Shown: in pieces, positions 8,836 through 18,472 of the stretch
Layout: every line of letters starts with the position of its first letter
Position numbering within the stretch: the stretch's first letter is position 1
Source of the DNA: a virus
IMG/VR virus record: IMGVR_UViG_3300037722_000699
Coordinates: 3,713 to 67,712 of that record
Strand: one strand, 5' to 3'
Length of the DNA stretch: 64,000 bases
The notes under the pieces: model-generated
What the model was told of the DNA's origin: nothing
Databases searched by the model: none
Seen by the model: the letters and a program-made list of their open reading frames with translations, nothing else
Position numbers and translations under genes: made by a program

Positions 8836-9755
8836 CAGGAGCCCGAGCCCACACCTATGGCTCCCAGGCCCTCCAGCACGGCACCGCCGGCCGCGAGACC
8901 CTGCAGGCCCAGGCTGGCCGGGCTCGGATTGGAGACCTGTGTCTGGCTCCGCGTCCCCGCCAGGCTGCTGATTGTTGCAGGCAGGCCGGCATTGACCCCG
9001 GTCGCCAGGCCCAGCCGCAGTGAGCCCTCGGTCTGGCCGAGGCGGAGGCGGTTCTGGAACGCCTGGTCACGCAGCGTGGCAGCGAAGTCCTCTCGGGCGG
9101 CCAGCAGTTGCTCCTGGTTCTGCGCCAGCCCCAGCGTGACGCGCTTCTCCTCCAGGGGCAGTGTCAGTTCGGTCAGGGCCGCCTGGGAACGGAGCGAGCT
9201 GGAGAGCTGCCCCTTCTGCCGCACCCCCTCGGCCGCGATCTTGCCGCCACGGTCAAGAATCGGGCTGTCGCTGGGCCTCAGGCCCAGGCTCGGGGCCAGT
9301 TCCTCTTTCAGGGTCTCGAAGGCCTGCAACTGCGCCCGGTCGATATCGGCATTGCCGGCCTCCAGGGCGCCCTCGGTCGCGGCCTTGATGAGCGCCTTCT
9401 GCTCCGTGGTCGCGCCACTGCCGGAAAGGATCTGATCAATGGTGAATTGTGCCAGCTCGTCGCGGCCAGCCTCGAAGCCCTTGGTCCTCTCGGCCTGGCG
9501 TACCGACTCAGCCCCGAGCGCGTCCAGTGCAGTCTCGCCGCCCTTGACGCCTTCCTCGATAAAGCCGCTCGCCTCTTGGATAGCCTTAAGCTGCTCTTCG
9601 CCAATCGAGCCCTGAAGCTTGGTAAGCCGCTTCTCTTCCGCGCTCGGCTGCGATGGCTCGACAACGGTCGTCTCGCTGCCCACGTCGAAGCGGACGCCCC
9701 AGCCGAAAACACCGCCATCACGCGGCTTGCCCGGAATCCACATCACAGCCGCCAT
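8835..9755 (-). CDS. DNA transfer/ejection protein (P22 gp7-like)
   Basis: GSETTVVEPSQP near the N-terminus, Gln/Ala-rich helical middle, Gly-rich hydrophobic C-terminus; directly follows the GNAT gene. Confidence 0.6.
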   Translation of the reverse strand: MAAVMWIPGKPRDGGVFGWGVRFDVGSETTVVEPSQPSAEEKRLTKLQGSIGEEQLKAIQEASGFIEEGVKGGETALDALGAESVRQAERTKGFEAGRDELAQFTIDQILSGSGATTEQKALIKAATEGALEAGNADIDRAQLQAFETLKEELAPSLGLRPSDSPILDRGGKIAAEGVRQKGQLSSSLRSQAALTELTLPLEEKRVTLGLAQNQEQLLAAREDFAATLRDQAFQNRLRLGQTEGSLRLGLATGVNAGLPATISSLAGTRSQTQVSNPSPASLGLQGLAAGGAVLEGLGAIGVGSGS

Positions 9756-10174
9756 GCCATTATGTTGCCCTGGCTCATCCTGGTACAGCCCCGCTTCTTC
9801 AACAGCCTGTTCATCCGCTTGTTCTTGAACGCCACCATGGCCGTCGCGAATTGCGACCCGCCAGCGCGCAATGTGCTCGTCCCAGAAATGAGCAGCATGC
9901 GCGCGGTCTTGCTCTTCAGGTAGTCCGTCAGTTCGGCAGAGACAGCAAGCATCTCAAGCCGGCCAAACGGTTTCGCAGGCGCAACCTGGATACAGCCCAC
10001 CACTTCGCCATCCTGTACGGCAACGAGCCAATAGGGAGCGATATCGGACCATTCGACATCCTCGACTTCAAACCCGGCGTCCCGCACAAGCTGGCCAATG
10101 GCTTCACCCTGAGCGTTCGATGCTATCAAAACTTCCGTTCTTGGCGTCTTCGATTTCTCGTCTGGTCGTGGCAT
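9743..10174 (-). CDS. GNAT-fold protein (P22 gp14 / T7 gp13-like position)
   Basis: WLVAVQDGEVVGCIQV...RLEMLAVS...MNRLLKKRG GNAT pattern; immediately upstream of the ejection genes. Confidence 0.65.
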   Translation of the reverse strand: MPRPDEKSKTPRTEVLIASNAQGEAIGQLVRDAGFEVEDVEWSDIAPYWLVAVQDGEVVGCIQVAPAKPFGRLEMLAVSAELTDYLKSKTARMLLISGTSTLRAGGSQFATAMVAFKNKRMNRLLKKRGCTRMSQGNIMAWRL

Positions 10175-10421
10175 CGATCACACCCTTGGTCTCCAAGGCG
10201 TCGAGCAGGATGGCCATCCGCGATGGCTTGGCCTTCTCGGCAGTGAGAAAAACCCGGTACTCCTGTTCCCAGGCGTCGAGATTCTCTGGCGTGGCCTGTT
10301 CGGGCGCCCCATCCGGCCAGCGCAGCAGCGTATCGCCCGTAAAGGCAATGCCGCGCATTTCCTTGCCGTTCTCGGTCCACTGCTTGGATTTCCAGCAGGC
10401 CGCTTGTGCGCGAAAACTCAT
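10104..10421 (-). CDS. Hypothetical tail-fibre-associated protein
   Basis: ATG 10421 overlaps the tail fibre stop. Confidence 0.55.
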   Translation of the reverse strand: MSFRAQAACWKSKQWTENGKEMRGIAFTGDTLLRWPDGAPEQATPENLDAWEQEYRVFLTAEKAKPSRMAILLDALETKGVIDATTRREIEDAKNGSFDSIERSG

Positions 10422-11680
10422 GAGGTCAGAACCTCCATGGCCACCAGCGCACTCGCGTATCTGCCGTCGTTGACCGTATCGGCGTCGAGGCCGCCACGCC
10501 CCACCACGCCGGTCCCGCCATCGCCGGTGCGCATCTGCAGCTTGTAGGTATAGGTCCCGGCCGTGCCGGGCGCATCGGTCCAAACGCCGCCCATACTATT
10601 GATGCCGTGTTCATTGCCGGCAATGGAGCCTTCGCTGCCGAAAGTCGCCCGCGTCCGGGCGCTCGATGTATCGCCGATCGCTATGGCGGTCGAGTCGCGG
10701 ATCAGCCTTACGAAGGCCACTTCCCCGTTCGTGGGGTTGGAGAAAACGCCGTGCGACATCAGGGCCACCTTGTTCGCATCGGCCCCCGTAGTGATGGAAA
10801 CGGACAAGCCCGTAATGTCCGTGAAACTCGTGTCCGTCGTCGTGAAAGTGTCGGTCTTCGTCGCATAGCGCACCTGCAGAACGGCACTGGACATGAACGA
10901 CAGAACGCCGGCCCCGTCCGTGGCGAGAACCTGATTGGCCGAGCCGTCGCTGTCGGGGAATGCCAGCTCATCATCGCCCAGCTTGACCGCTCCGGCCCCC
11001 TTGCCTTTCAGCAGCAGGGCAACATCCGCGTCAGTACCACCCGGCTGGATCAGCGGGCTCTGGCTCGTATTGGCCGGCGTGATCTCGATATAGTTGACCG
11101 CGCTCGCGTTGTCGGAAGTGGAGATGAAATCGAGCGCCGTATTGCCTGCCGTGTTTGCCAGCGGAGAATTGTAGACAAGAACGCCGTCGCCCTTGGCGGT
11201 AAAGCCAAGGTTGATGTCCGTGTCATCGCCCGTGGCAGAAATCGTCGGCGTGTCGGAAGTCGCCGCCGCCGTGATCGTGACTTCGTTCACGGCATCGGAC
11301 GTGCCCGTGGCGATCAGGATATCGTCGCCTTCGGCAGTCTGAAGTTTGACGGTGCCGGCCGCCTGCGGTCTCAGACCGAGGTTGACATTCGCATCCGTGC
11401 CGGCCGCGAGAAGATGGGGTGTGTCGGACGTGGCAGCAGCGACAAAGTCAATGCCGTTGACGGGACTCGTTACTGTGGCGTGGTAGCGGAATAGGTCTTG
11501 CCCGCCCAGCTTGAAATCAATCCGATCGTCCGTGTCCGCCGTGATCGAGGTATCGGCATCGGCGTCCAGGACCAGCTCAAAGCCGTTTAGGTCGACAAGC
11601 TTTGTCGCAGGGAAGACCAGATCGACGCCGTTGTTGATGATCTGCGAAAAGGATGAGTTCAGGTCCGCGGCGCTTAACAC
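10418..11680 (-). CDS. Tail fibre protein
   Basis: N-terminal (F)LAGEVLSAADLN adaptor-binding motif, three internal repeats of about 50 aa, and a beta-sandwich-like C-terminal domain (YTYKLQ). True start is probably slightly upstream of 11680. Confidence 0.75.
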   Translation of the reverse strand: MLSAADLNSSFSQIINNGVDLVFPATKLVDLNGFELVLDADADTSITADTDDRIDFKLGGQDLFRYHATVTSPVNGIDFVAAATSDTPHLLAAGTDANVNLGLRPQAAGTVKLQTAEGDDILIATGTSDAVNEVTITAAATSDTPTISATGDDTDINLGFTAKGDGVLVYNSPLANTAGNTALDFISTSDNASAVNYIEITPANTSQSPLIQPGGTDADVALLLKGKGAGAVKLGDDELAFPDSDGSANQVLATDGAGVLSFMSSAVLQVRYATKTDTFTTTDTSFTDITGLSVSITTGADANKVALMSHGVFSNPTNGEVAFVRLIRDSTAIAIGDTSSARTRATFGSEGSIAGNEHGINSMGGVWTDAPGTAGTYTYKLQMRTGDGGTGVVGRGGLDADTVNDGRYASALVAMEVLTS

Positions 11681-11752
11681 CTCTCCCGCGAGGAAGACCT
11701 TGAATGGACTTATCGAGATGGGACACCTGCCCGGCCATGCGCCGCAAATACA

Positions 11753-13351
11753 TCAGGCATTTTCCGTACTCCAAGCGCCGCCCTCTAGGGCTACCGAGAA
11801 ACTGTGAACCTCGACATCCTCGTAGTTGCCGGCGTTGAGAATTTCGTACTGGATTGAACGGAAGCTTGCAGCGTCCTCCAGGGTAAACCAGCTATTCACA
11901 AAGGAACCGCCGCCCAAAACGGAAGTCCCGAGCGTGAACTGATTGACCGTGGCTGGCGCCAGAACGTCGCCGCTTGCTGTCGTGACCTCCCTGGTCTGCT
12001 GCGCGTTCGCGTCACGCTGATAGCCGAAGGTGATTGCACCAATGTTGCGCGGCACAACGCCGAGTCCGCATTCCCGGACGGTCTTTTCCTCAATCGGTAT
12101 GGAGTAATTGAGAAACGGCGTTTTCACCTGGTACGTGATGGCCGTGTCGCCGTCTATCGAGCGATCCGTCTGCTGCATCTTGCGTACAAACCCGTCGTTG
12201 CCGCCCGCCATGACGATGCGCCGATTGTTGGCGCCGCTGTCTATCACACTGGCGAGACAGCCGCAGACATCCGAGAAGCCCGGCCATTCGCTCCAGCGCG
12301 GCGGATCAAAGCGATGGTCCATAACGAGAATCTGATTGTTGTCCGTCGCGCCGTCGACAGGGACAGCGAACAAGACAACCTCCAGGGTGCTTGAAGGCGC
12401 GGCCCAGGCATGCTTAAGCCGCGAGAAATTCAGCCGCCGGCCAAGATAGTTCGTGTTGATCGGCCGCGACAGGGACGCCTCGTTGAAATCGCCGAACGCT
12501 GCGGTCGCTTTCAGGCTGTGGATCGATCCGTCGCTCCACATAAAGCCGATATCGTCATGATAGCGAAACAGCGTGTTCTGCCCGACCGCGCCCAGGCCTT
12601 CAATGAAGGTCGTGCGCGCAAAGGCGTCGTCACCAGTGGGGGCAGAGCCCGTGATGCGGTGAATGGAGCCCTTGTACGGCCCCTTGAACACCCACAGATC
12701 GTTCTTGTGGCTGATGATGGCCGTGATACGGTCGCCGTCATCCGGGTCGATATCAATGGAACCAGAGCCGGAGCCCACCCAATCTTCCGGGTCCAGGCTC
12801 ACACAATAGTTGAGCCGGGATGGAGTCGAGCCCACGCCCGCCGCCCACATGCGGTTCTTGTGCGTCGCCGCGAAAGAGAAGTTGGGCGGCGTCCCCGCGA
12901 GGTTCTGTGCCGTCGATCCGTCCCATGACTTCGGCACGTCGACATCGTTTGTCAAAACCAGCAGATCATTCAGCACGGCGTAGCTCGGCACGGCATCGGC
13001 CGTCAGGCCGGTGAACAGGTCCGTGAAAGCCCCGTCCGCGTCGTCTTTCTTGGCCTTGGTCCCTACATGAATGACCCTGTGCTGCGTCGAGGCCCCGCCG
13101 GTCCCGGACAGCCAGAAATCGAACAAGCCCTTGATAGCGGCGCCGCTCTCCAACTCAGTATCGTGCAGCTTGATCGTGCCGGGGGCCTTCCTGGGGCTGC
13201 CGTCCAACTCATAGACGATATTGCGCGCCGTCTCCAGGAACGGCAGGCGCACCACATTAGCACCATCCGGGGAAACGTCCGACGTTGGGCCGAAATCCGT
13301 CGCCCAGCCGCCGTCAAATACATGTCGGATCAGAATGCGTTTTGATGTCAT
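11753..13351 (-). CDS. Tail nozzle / DNA stabilisation protein (P22 gp10 / T7 gp12-like beta-propeller)
   Basis: 532 aa, beta-rich, with HKNRMW and RLNYC...DPEDW blade-like motifs; follows the adaptor gene. Confidence 0.75.
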   Translation of the reverse strand: MTSKRILIRHVFDGGWATDFGPTSDVSPDGANVVRLPFLETARNIVYELDGSPRKAPGTIKLHDTELESGAAIKGLFDFWLSGTGGASTQHRVIHVGTKAKKDDADGAFTDLFTGLTADAVPSYAVLNDLLVLTNDVDVPKSWDGSTAQNLAGTPPNFSFAATHKNRMWAAGVGSTPSRLNYCVSLDPEDWVGSGSGSIDIDPDDGDRITAIISHKNDLWVFKGPYKGSIHRITGSAPTGDDAFARTTFIEGLGAVGQNTLFRYHDDIGFMWSDGSIHSLKATAAFGDFNEASLSRPINTNYLGRRLNFSRLKHAWAAPSSTLEVVLFAVPVDGATDNNQILVMDHRFDPPRWSEWPGFSDVCGCLASVIDSGANNRRIVMAGGNDGFVRKMQQTDRSIDGDTAITYQVKTPFLNYSIPIEEKTVRECGLGVVPRNIGAITFGYQRDANAQQTREVTTASGDVLAPATVNQFTLGTSVLGGGSFVNSWFTLEDAASFRSIQYEILNAGNYEDVEVHSFSVALEGGAWSTENA

Positions 13352-14364
13352 CGCAACTGATCGAACCGTGAGCCAAGCACATAGCGCGAAGAACCGCCGC
13401 TATAGGGCCGCTTGGCTGATCTGACATAAGGCCCGACTCTGGGGGCGATCTGCGGGCGCTTGCCGCCGATCTCGGTATCAGCCGTGATCCGCAGCACAAC
13501 ATCTGTGTACTGCTGCTGCACTTCGGCAGAGCGCGTGTCATTCTTCTTGTCGCGATACCAGTGCCAGAGAGCATGAAACAGGACCGCATGCCGGTATCCA
13601 AGCGGCACAGTTGGCTCATCGTCATCGGCCGAGAGCTGCGTCTGCTCCGTGCCATCACTCGCCACCGCCAGCTTGTTGGTCACGAAGCTGTAGGGAATGA
13701 GTGAGAAGTCTGCAGGGGGAGGATGGAACTGCACGCGACGAACCAAAGCCGTGGAGCCGGAAAAGCCTGAATTGATGATCGATGCTGCCACAGGGTCGCC
13801 GGTTGCACTGGTGCGCGGCACGCGGCGGCGGAATTCCGTGGTCGAGATCAGATCGATGTTGCCGCGCGTATCGAAGCGCTGCAGGTCAAAGGGCCTCAGG
13901 AAATCCGCATGGAGATCGTATTCGTCCTCGAAGTAGACATAGGACGCCTCCGTTGCGTCCTCCCCGACATAGGGCGTCGCCAGCGTGATCTGGGTATCGC
14001 TGTCAACCGAGGAAATCTTGTAGACCGGCTCCGTCCCGTTCAGCACCAGCTTACCGGTTGACCGCGCGTTCTTGACCGAGAAATCGTTGTTGGTATCCCA
14101 TAGCGTGTCGGTGCCGGTGACAGTGGTCGAGCCTCTTGTGACCGCCACCTCTCCAGTCGTGTAGCGCTGCTGCGTCCTGAGAACAGTGCTGCGCTCGCAC
14201 CAATGGAACTTCTCGCCGAAGCCAAGGTGCATGTCGACCAGACCGACGTTGATGTATCTTTTCGCTTGGCTCTCCGTCGCCGTTACGCCCGTCTGCTCGT
14301 GCACGGCATTGAGCAAGCCGGAGTAAAGATCGGAGAAGTCTGTGTATTGTGTGGTGGAACTCAA
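13348..14364 (-). CDS. Head-tail adaptor (P22 gp4 / T7 gp11-like) with inserted beta domain
   Basis: Helical N-terminus (AKRYINVGL), C-terminal PLGYRHAVLFHALW, and inserted YTTGEVAVTRGSTTVTG domain. Confidence 0.65.
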   Translation of the reverse strand: MSSTTQYTDFSDLYSGLLNAVHEQTGVTATESQAKRYINVGLVDMHLGFGEKFHWCERSTVLRTQQRYTTGEVAVTRGSTTVTGTDTLWDTNNDFSVKNARSTGKLVLNGTEPVYKISSVDSDTQITLATPYVGEDATEASYVYFEDEYDLHADFLRPFDLQRFDTRGNIDLISTTEFRRRVPRTSATGDPVAASIINSGFSGSTALVRRVQFHPPPADFSLIPYSFVTNKLAVASDGTEQTQLSADDDEPTVPLGYRHAVLFHALWHWYRDKKNDTRSAEVQQQYTDVVLRITADTEIGGKRPQIAPRVGPYVRSAKRPYSGGSSRYVLGSRFDQLR

Positions 14365-14579
14365 CAGAATCTCCGCCTGTTACGGATTAGAGCCTTTATT
14401 TGCCGCTGTCTTCGTGTGCCAGGAATGGCGGGCTCTTCTTCCGGAGTATCGCCAAGCCCGCTATAGAGCCAAGCAAAGCCCAGAAGATCGTCAGCCGTCA
14501 GAGAGGCGCCGACAATCGGCTGAAGCGAGCGCCATGGCTGCCCAAGATTGACGGCCGTCAGAAGGCTGGAGGCGTTCAC
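14361..14579 (-). CDS. Small hypothetical protein
   Basis: 4-nt overlaps with both neighbours. Confidence 0.55.
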   Translation of the reverse strand: MNASSLLTAVNLGQPWRSLQPIVGASLTADDLLGFAWLYSGLGDTPEEEPAIPGTRRQRQIKALIRNRRRFC

Positions 14580-15451
14580 GACGACGAGGTCATTTCGCCG
14601 ATATCGGCGGAATCGCTGGTGGCGCTTAGCGACGCCGTGTGGGCAATTGTCGTCGCGTCATCATTGTAGATGCGCAGGATGCTTGGCGTCTGGACCTTGC
14701 GGTTGCGCCACGCCTTGTAGAGAAAGCTGATCTTGTCCGCCAGCGAGATTGTGGCCCCCGGCGCCCCGGCCCCAGGTTCGGCGAAGGTGTCGACGTTCAG
14801 AACGTCCAGCACCTCTGTGTTGACTTCGGCGGCCGAGAGATCGTTCAATGCCTCTATGGTGCTCACGACCTCCCCGACCACCGAGCCCGCGACAGCCGTA
14901 CCGGCGGTTTCATTGCTGTCCGTCGTGAAGGCGCTGATGATGGTCTGAACGGCAACCACCCCAGCGGTGGAGGTGTTGATATCGGCCACGTTGACATCAA
15001 GTTGTATCGCCCCACCGGCATAGCCGGTGCCGTCATAGAAGTTCACAAAGTTGTCGAAGGTATCGCTGGTCCCGAATGCCGTTTCGATATTGTCGGCCGT
15101 CTCCTGGCTGCCGGAAATCCGCACGGCATCGACCGGCGCCAAGACCTGGAAATGATCGTGCGCATTGACCGTCACGCCCCCCACGACGGTTTCCTTGTAG
15201 ACGACATAATCCTTGCCGACCTCAAAGCCGTCCGAGGAGTTGAGCGTGATTTGCTCGCTGTAGAGACCAGCCGTATTGGCGCTATCCAAAAGAGCCAGTG
15301 ATCCGTTTACCAGCGTGTCGCTGGTCTCGTCTTCGTAAATGCGGTAAGTCGGCGCCGTCGATGTATCGGTCGCGGCACCCGTCGATGGATCGCGCGTTGT
15401 CGAATAGAAGGTCAACGTTGCGCCGACATTTCTTGAACCAAGATAGCTCAT
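14576..15451 (-). CDS. Putative virion structural protein
   Basis: 291 aa, Thr/Ala/Asp-rich, coupled in the late operon. Confidence 0.6.
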   Translation of the reverse strand: MSYLGSRNVGATLTFYSTTRDPSTGAATDTSTAPTYRIYEDETSDTLVNGSLALLDSANTAGLYSEQITLNSSDGFEVGKDYVVYKETVVGGVTVNAHDHFQVLAPVDAVRISGSQETADNIETAFGTSDTFDNFVNFYDGTGYAGGAIQLDVNVADINTSTAGVVAVQTIISAFTTDSNETAGTAVAGSVVGEVVSTIEALNDLSAAEVNTEVLDVLNVDTFAEPGAGAPGATISLADKISFLYKAWRNRKVQTPSILRIYNDDATTIAHTASLSATSDSADIGEMTSSS

Positions 15452-16182
15452 GTGATTCCTCTTGGTCCTGCCCAGTCTGGGTCCATGGGACCGCCATCAT
15501 CCATGCCGGACCAGATTATGCCGGCCACAGCACCCGCCGGCCGCACGACAAGCGTGTTCGCGACCCAGCTTTCACTTGAAGCCAGCGTGAACGCGTCTGG
15601 GTTATCGGTCGCCCCCGTCAGTTCCCGGAAGGCCGCGCCGCACGAGCAGCCGCTGTTCGTCCCGCCCCCGCTCACAACGTTAGCGAGATCGACGTAGTTC
15701 GTCGGCGGGTCCGTGAAGCTCACGTCGTCATCCGCCGCCACGCCGACAGCAATGAACAGGTTATCCTCCGCTCCCCAGGAAGCCGTGAGAGAGGGCGGAT
15801 CGGGCGCTGTCCCGGCCTGTACGGCAGCCGTCCCAACCTCAAGGCCCGCCAGATCCTTGAACCAAGACGCCGCAGTGACGCGGATCGCAATCGCAGTGCC
15901 CGTCGTGGCGCTGTCCACTACCGCCGTGGCAGTACCGCCGTCCTCCGACCCGTCCGCAATTTTGGCATAGACGGCCATGTTGGCCAGGTTGTCACGGTTC
16001 ACCTGGGCCATGATCTCAGTGTAGCCACTGGGGGGCGTGGCTATGTTGTTAGTACTGGCGCCCAGCCAGCTATAGACGACAGCCAGCAGGTCGTTGGCAT
16101 CAACCGTGGCAGGCAGATCAGCCGCCTGGTTGACCGTCGCGGACCCGATAGCGGTGGTTGTGGTCGAATAGGTCCAGGGCAT
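15448..16182 (-). CDS. Putative virion structural beta-sandwich protein
   Basis: 244 aa, Thr/Ala/Gly-rich, coupled in the late operon. Confidence 0.6.
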   Translation of the reverse strand: MPWTYSTTTTAIGSATVNQAADLPATVDANDLLAVVYSWLGASTNNIATPPSGYTEIMAQVNRDNLANMAVYAKIADGSEDGGTATAVVDSATTGTAIAIRVTAASWFKDLAGLEVGTAAVQAGTAPDPPSLTASWGAEDNLFIAVGVAADDDVSFTDPPTNYVDLANVVSGGGTNSGCSCGAAFRELTGATDNPDAFTLASSESWVANTLVVRPAGAVAGIIWSGMDDGGPMDPDWAGPRGIT

Positions 16183-16586
16183 CAGCCGGTCTTGGTTGCC
16201 GCCACAACCGCGTCGAGCTTCGCAATGGCGTCCGCGATCAGCGGGTCTGACGGGTCAACCGGCGGCTCGGCCAGGGCCTCCAAGGCGCCCTTCGCATCCG
16301 TCAGCGCGGCGGCGATCCGCTGGAACACCAGCCCGACATTCGCCTCGCTGTCGCCCCATTGGCGCTTGGCCTCATCGGCGACACGCGGCACGGCAGCCAA
16401 CACGGCCAGCCGGTCCAGCGTGCCCTGCGCCTTGTCGGCGAACCGGGCCATCTCGCCTGCCGTGATGCGCTGGCCCGTCGCCGCAGCCGAAAGATTCGCG
16501 CTGAACTCGCGCGCCCGCCGCACGAGCCGACTGGCCTCCTCAAAGGCTTCGACGGGCAAGGGGTCGACTGGCCATTCGTTCGCCAT
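16182..16586 (-). CDS. Hypothetical helical protein
   Basis: ATG 16586 (MANEWPV); stop overlaps the next start. Confidence 0.55.
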   Translation of the reverse strand: MANEWPVDPLPVEAFEEASRLVRRAREFSANLSAAATGQRITAGEMARFADKAQGTLDRLAVLAAVPRVADEAKRQWGDSEANVGLVFQRIAAALTDAKGALEALAEPPVDPSDPLIADAIAKLDAVVAATKTG

Positions 16587-16598
16587 GATCCGGAACCT

Positions 16599-16627
16599 TT
16601 GCAAAAAGGGCTGACAGGGAGTAGAAT
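16599..16627 (+). promoter_or_regulatory. Sigma70-type promoter TTGCAA-N17-TAGAAT
   Basis: -35 at 16599-16604, -10 at 16622-16627, exact 17-nt spacer, upstream of an SD-bearing small ORF. Confidence 0.6.
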
Positions 16628-16660
16628 CTTCAGAGTCGGGGGCTTACCAGGAGATGAAAA

Positions 16661-16813
16661 ATGTTAATATTCATCGCAATGGGCGGCCTTGTCGCAGGCG
16701 CCGCCCTCGAATACTTCTGGCTGCGGAAGCTGTATCCAGCGCTCGGACGCTGGGCCGATAGCATCAAGCCGTCAGATATCCCCCCGGAATGGCGCCAGCG
16801 TACTCTGACCTAG
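16661..16813 (+). CDS. 50-aa membrane peptide (moron gene; below the ORF-track cutoff)
   Basis: AGGAG 7 nt before the ATG; MLIFIAMGGLVAGAALEYFWLRKLYPALGRWADSIKPSDIPPEWRQRTLT; N-terminal TM helix. Confidence 0.65.
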   Translation: MLIFIAMGGLVAGAALEYFWLRKLYPALGRWADSIKPSDIPPEWRQRTLT

Positions 16814-16822
16814 GCGCCCGGT

Positions 16823-16856
16823 GGCCCCGGCCCTGTACCCAACCACGGCCGGGGCC
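16823..16856. terminator. GC-rich hairpin between convergent genes
   Basis: GGCCCCGGCC (16823-32) pairs with GGCCGGGGCC (16847-56); no clear U-tract. Confidence 0.35.
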
Positions 16857-16884
16857 GCTGCTGACCATTCCGGCACAGCGTAGG

Positions 16885-17460
16885 CTAAGCCGCTTCCGCC
16901 AGCTTCTTCTCGTATTCGCGGATAAGCGCTTTGGCGCGCCGTTCCGCGTCGTCGGCATCGGCCCGCTTCTGCTTGAACTCGGCCTCCAGTTCGCCTAGCC
17001 GTACATCACGCTTGCGGTGCCGCTCGGCCATATCGGTCTCACGCCGGTCAAGCTCGTCATTCCGCGTGGTATTGGCGGCTTTCCCGTCATTGACGGTTTT
17101 CCAGGCCGTGGCCGCGTCCTGCCTCGCCTGCAGGACAATGCGCTCCGCTTCCTTGCCGGCATTGCCGAGAATGCCCGTGGCCCTCGCCCGAGAAACCGCC
17201 TCCATGTGCTCGGCCTCGGCCAATATCTTGCCCGCGTTCTCGGCGTGGCTGGCCGCTTCCTGGTGCAGCCCGTCGACCTCTTCGAGCCGGCAGCGCCGCT
17301 CCACTGCGGCCTCTGACTCTTTCCTGGTCTTTTCCATCTGGGCGTTCAGATCAGCAGCGAAGCGATTCAGCATCTCGCAACGCTCCCTGAACTTATCATC
17401 GTCCAGAATCGACCGGACCAGGCTGTCCAGGGTGTCATCCCAGGGCGTGACGTACGACAT
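16885..17460 (-). CDS. Coiled-coil hypothetical protein
   Basis: 191 aa, Ala/Glu/Arg heptad pattern. Confidence 0.65.
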   Translation of the reverse strand: MSYVTPWDDTLDSLVRSILDDDKFRERCEMLNRFAADLNAQMEKTRKESEAAVERRCRLEEVDGLHQEAASHAENAGKILAEAEHMEAVSRARATGILGNAGKEAERIVLQARQDAATAWKTVNDGKAANTTRNDELDRRETDMAERHRKRDVRLGELEAEFKQKRADADDAERRAKALIREYEKKLAEAA

Positions 17461-17463
17461 GAC

Positions 17464-18468
17464 TTATCTCCGATAAGCGTGATTGCGGATGGCGCCGTCC
17501 GAGCCCCAGCCGGCAGCGGACTTGGTCTTGATGAGCGCCCGTGGAGTGGTGCCGGACATCTTCACGTAGCAGCCGCGCATGAGCCGAGCCGGCATGCTGG
17601 CGGGGTCGACCAGCTCGTTGTTGGCCGTGTTGGAAAGCCGGACCACGAAAGAGCCTTCGTCGTTCGTGTTCGCATCGTCCGTATCGTAGATTTCCACCAC
17701 GCAATCCGTGCCGGCACCGGAGATCAGCGAGATGTTGTCGATAACACCTGGACCGACGAAGAGGTGCCCGGATTTGGTCAATACCGTTTCTTCATCGAAA
17801 CGATGCGTTGGAGGATAGAGCCGCGTATCGTCCGTCACCACGCTATCGAACAGCAGAACACCCGCAGTGGTACCAACATCCTGTCCGGTCACACCCAGAA
17901 CGCCTGACGTGATATCGGCCGAAGCAATGCCCGTCTTCTGAGTCGCCTCGCCGCCGTCCAGCCAAAGATCGAGCGTGCCGGACGAAGTTTCCGGGTCGAA
18001 AAAGGTCTCGACCGTATGCCATTCACCAGTAGCGATGGACAGCATGCTGGACGTGTCGGCAGATGCCTCTCCAATTCCTATCCTGAGGCCGTTTGCGGTC
18101 GTGTAATTGAGATAGACGCCGCACTCCACCGTGTTGGTGGCGGACCAGTATTGCAGAACCGAGAACTCGTTCGTGTCCGCCATGACGATATTGGGATCGA
18201 TCCACAGCATGAAACGGCCATAGAGATCGTCCGTCCCAGAGGTCATGTCCCAATCGTCGTTTTCCTGCACATAGGCGTCATCGCTCGTGCCAAGTGCCAG
18301 ATCGACTCGCATGCAGTAGGCGCCGCGCCATGGCATGGCGAGGCCGGGATAGCGCGCCAGATCGGTATAGTGAGGGAAGTCCAGCCGGACACTATCGTCC
18401 TGCTCGGCATCGAAGTCGCCGCGCGTGCCGGATTCGAAACTTTCCTCGCTCAGATATGGAAAAGCCAT
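17464..18468 (-). CDS. Putative virion protein with ConA/LamG-like lectin domain
   Basis: ATG 18468 with AGGAG SD; beta-rich with a TGEWHTVE...LDLWLDG lectin-like motif. Confidence 0.55.
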   Translation of the reverse strand: MAFPYLSEESFESGTRGDFDAEQDDSVRLDFPHYTDLARYPGLAMPWRGAYCMRVDLALGTSDDAYVQENDDWDMTSGTDDLYGRFMLWIDPNIVMADTNEFSVLQYWSATNTVECGVYLNYTTANGLRIGIGEASADTSSMLSIATGEWHTVETFFDPETSSGTLDLWLDGGEATQKTGIASADITSGVLGVTGQDVGTTAGVLLFDSVVTDDTRLYPPTHRFDEETVLTKSGHLFVGPGVIDNISLISGAGTDCVVEIYDTDDANTNDEGSFVVRLSNTANNELVDPASMPARLMRGCYVKMSGTTPRALIKTKSAAGWGSDGAIRNHAYRR

Positions 18469-18472
18469 GGCC

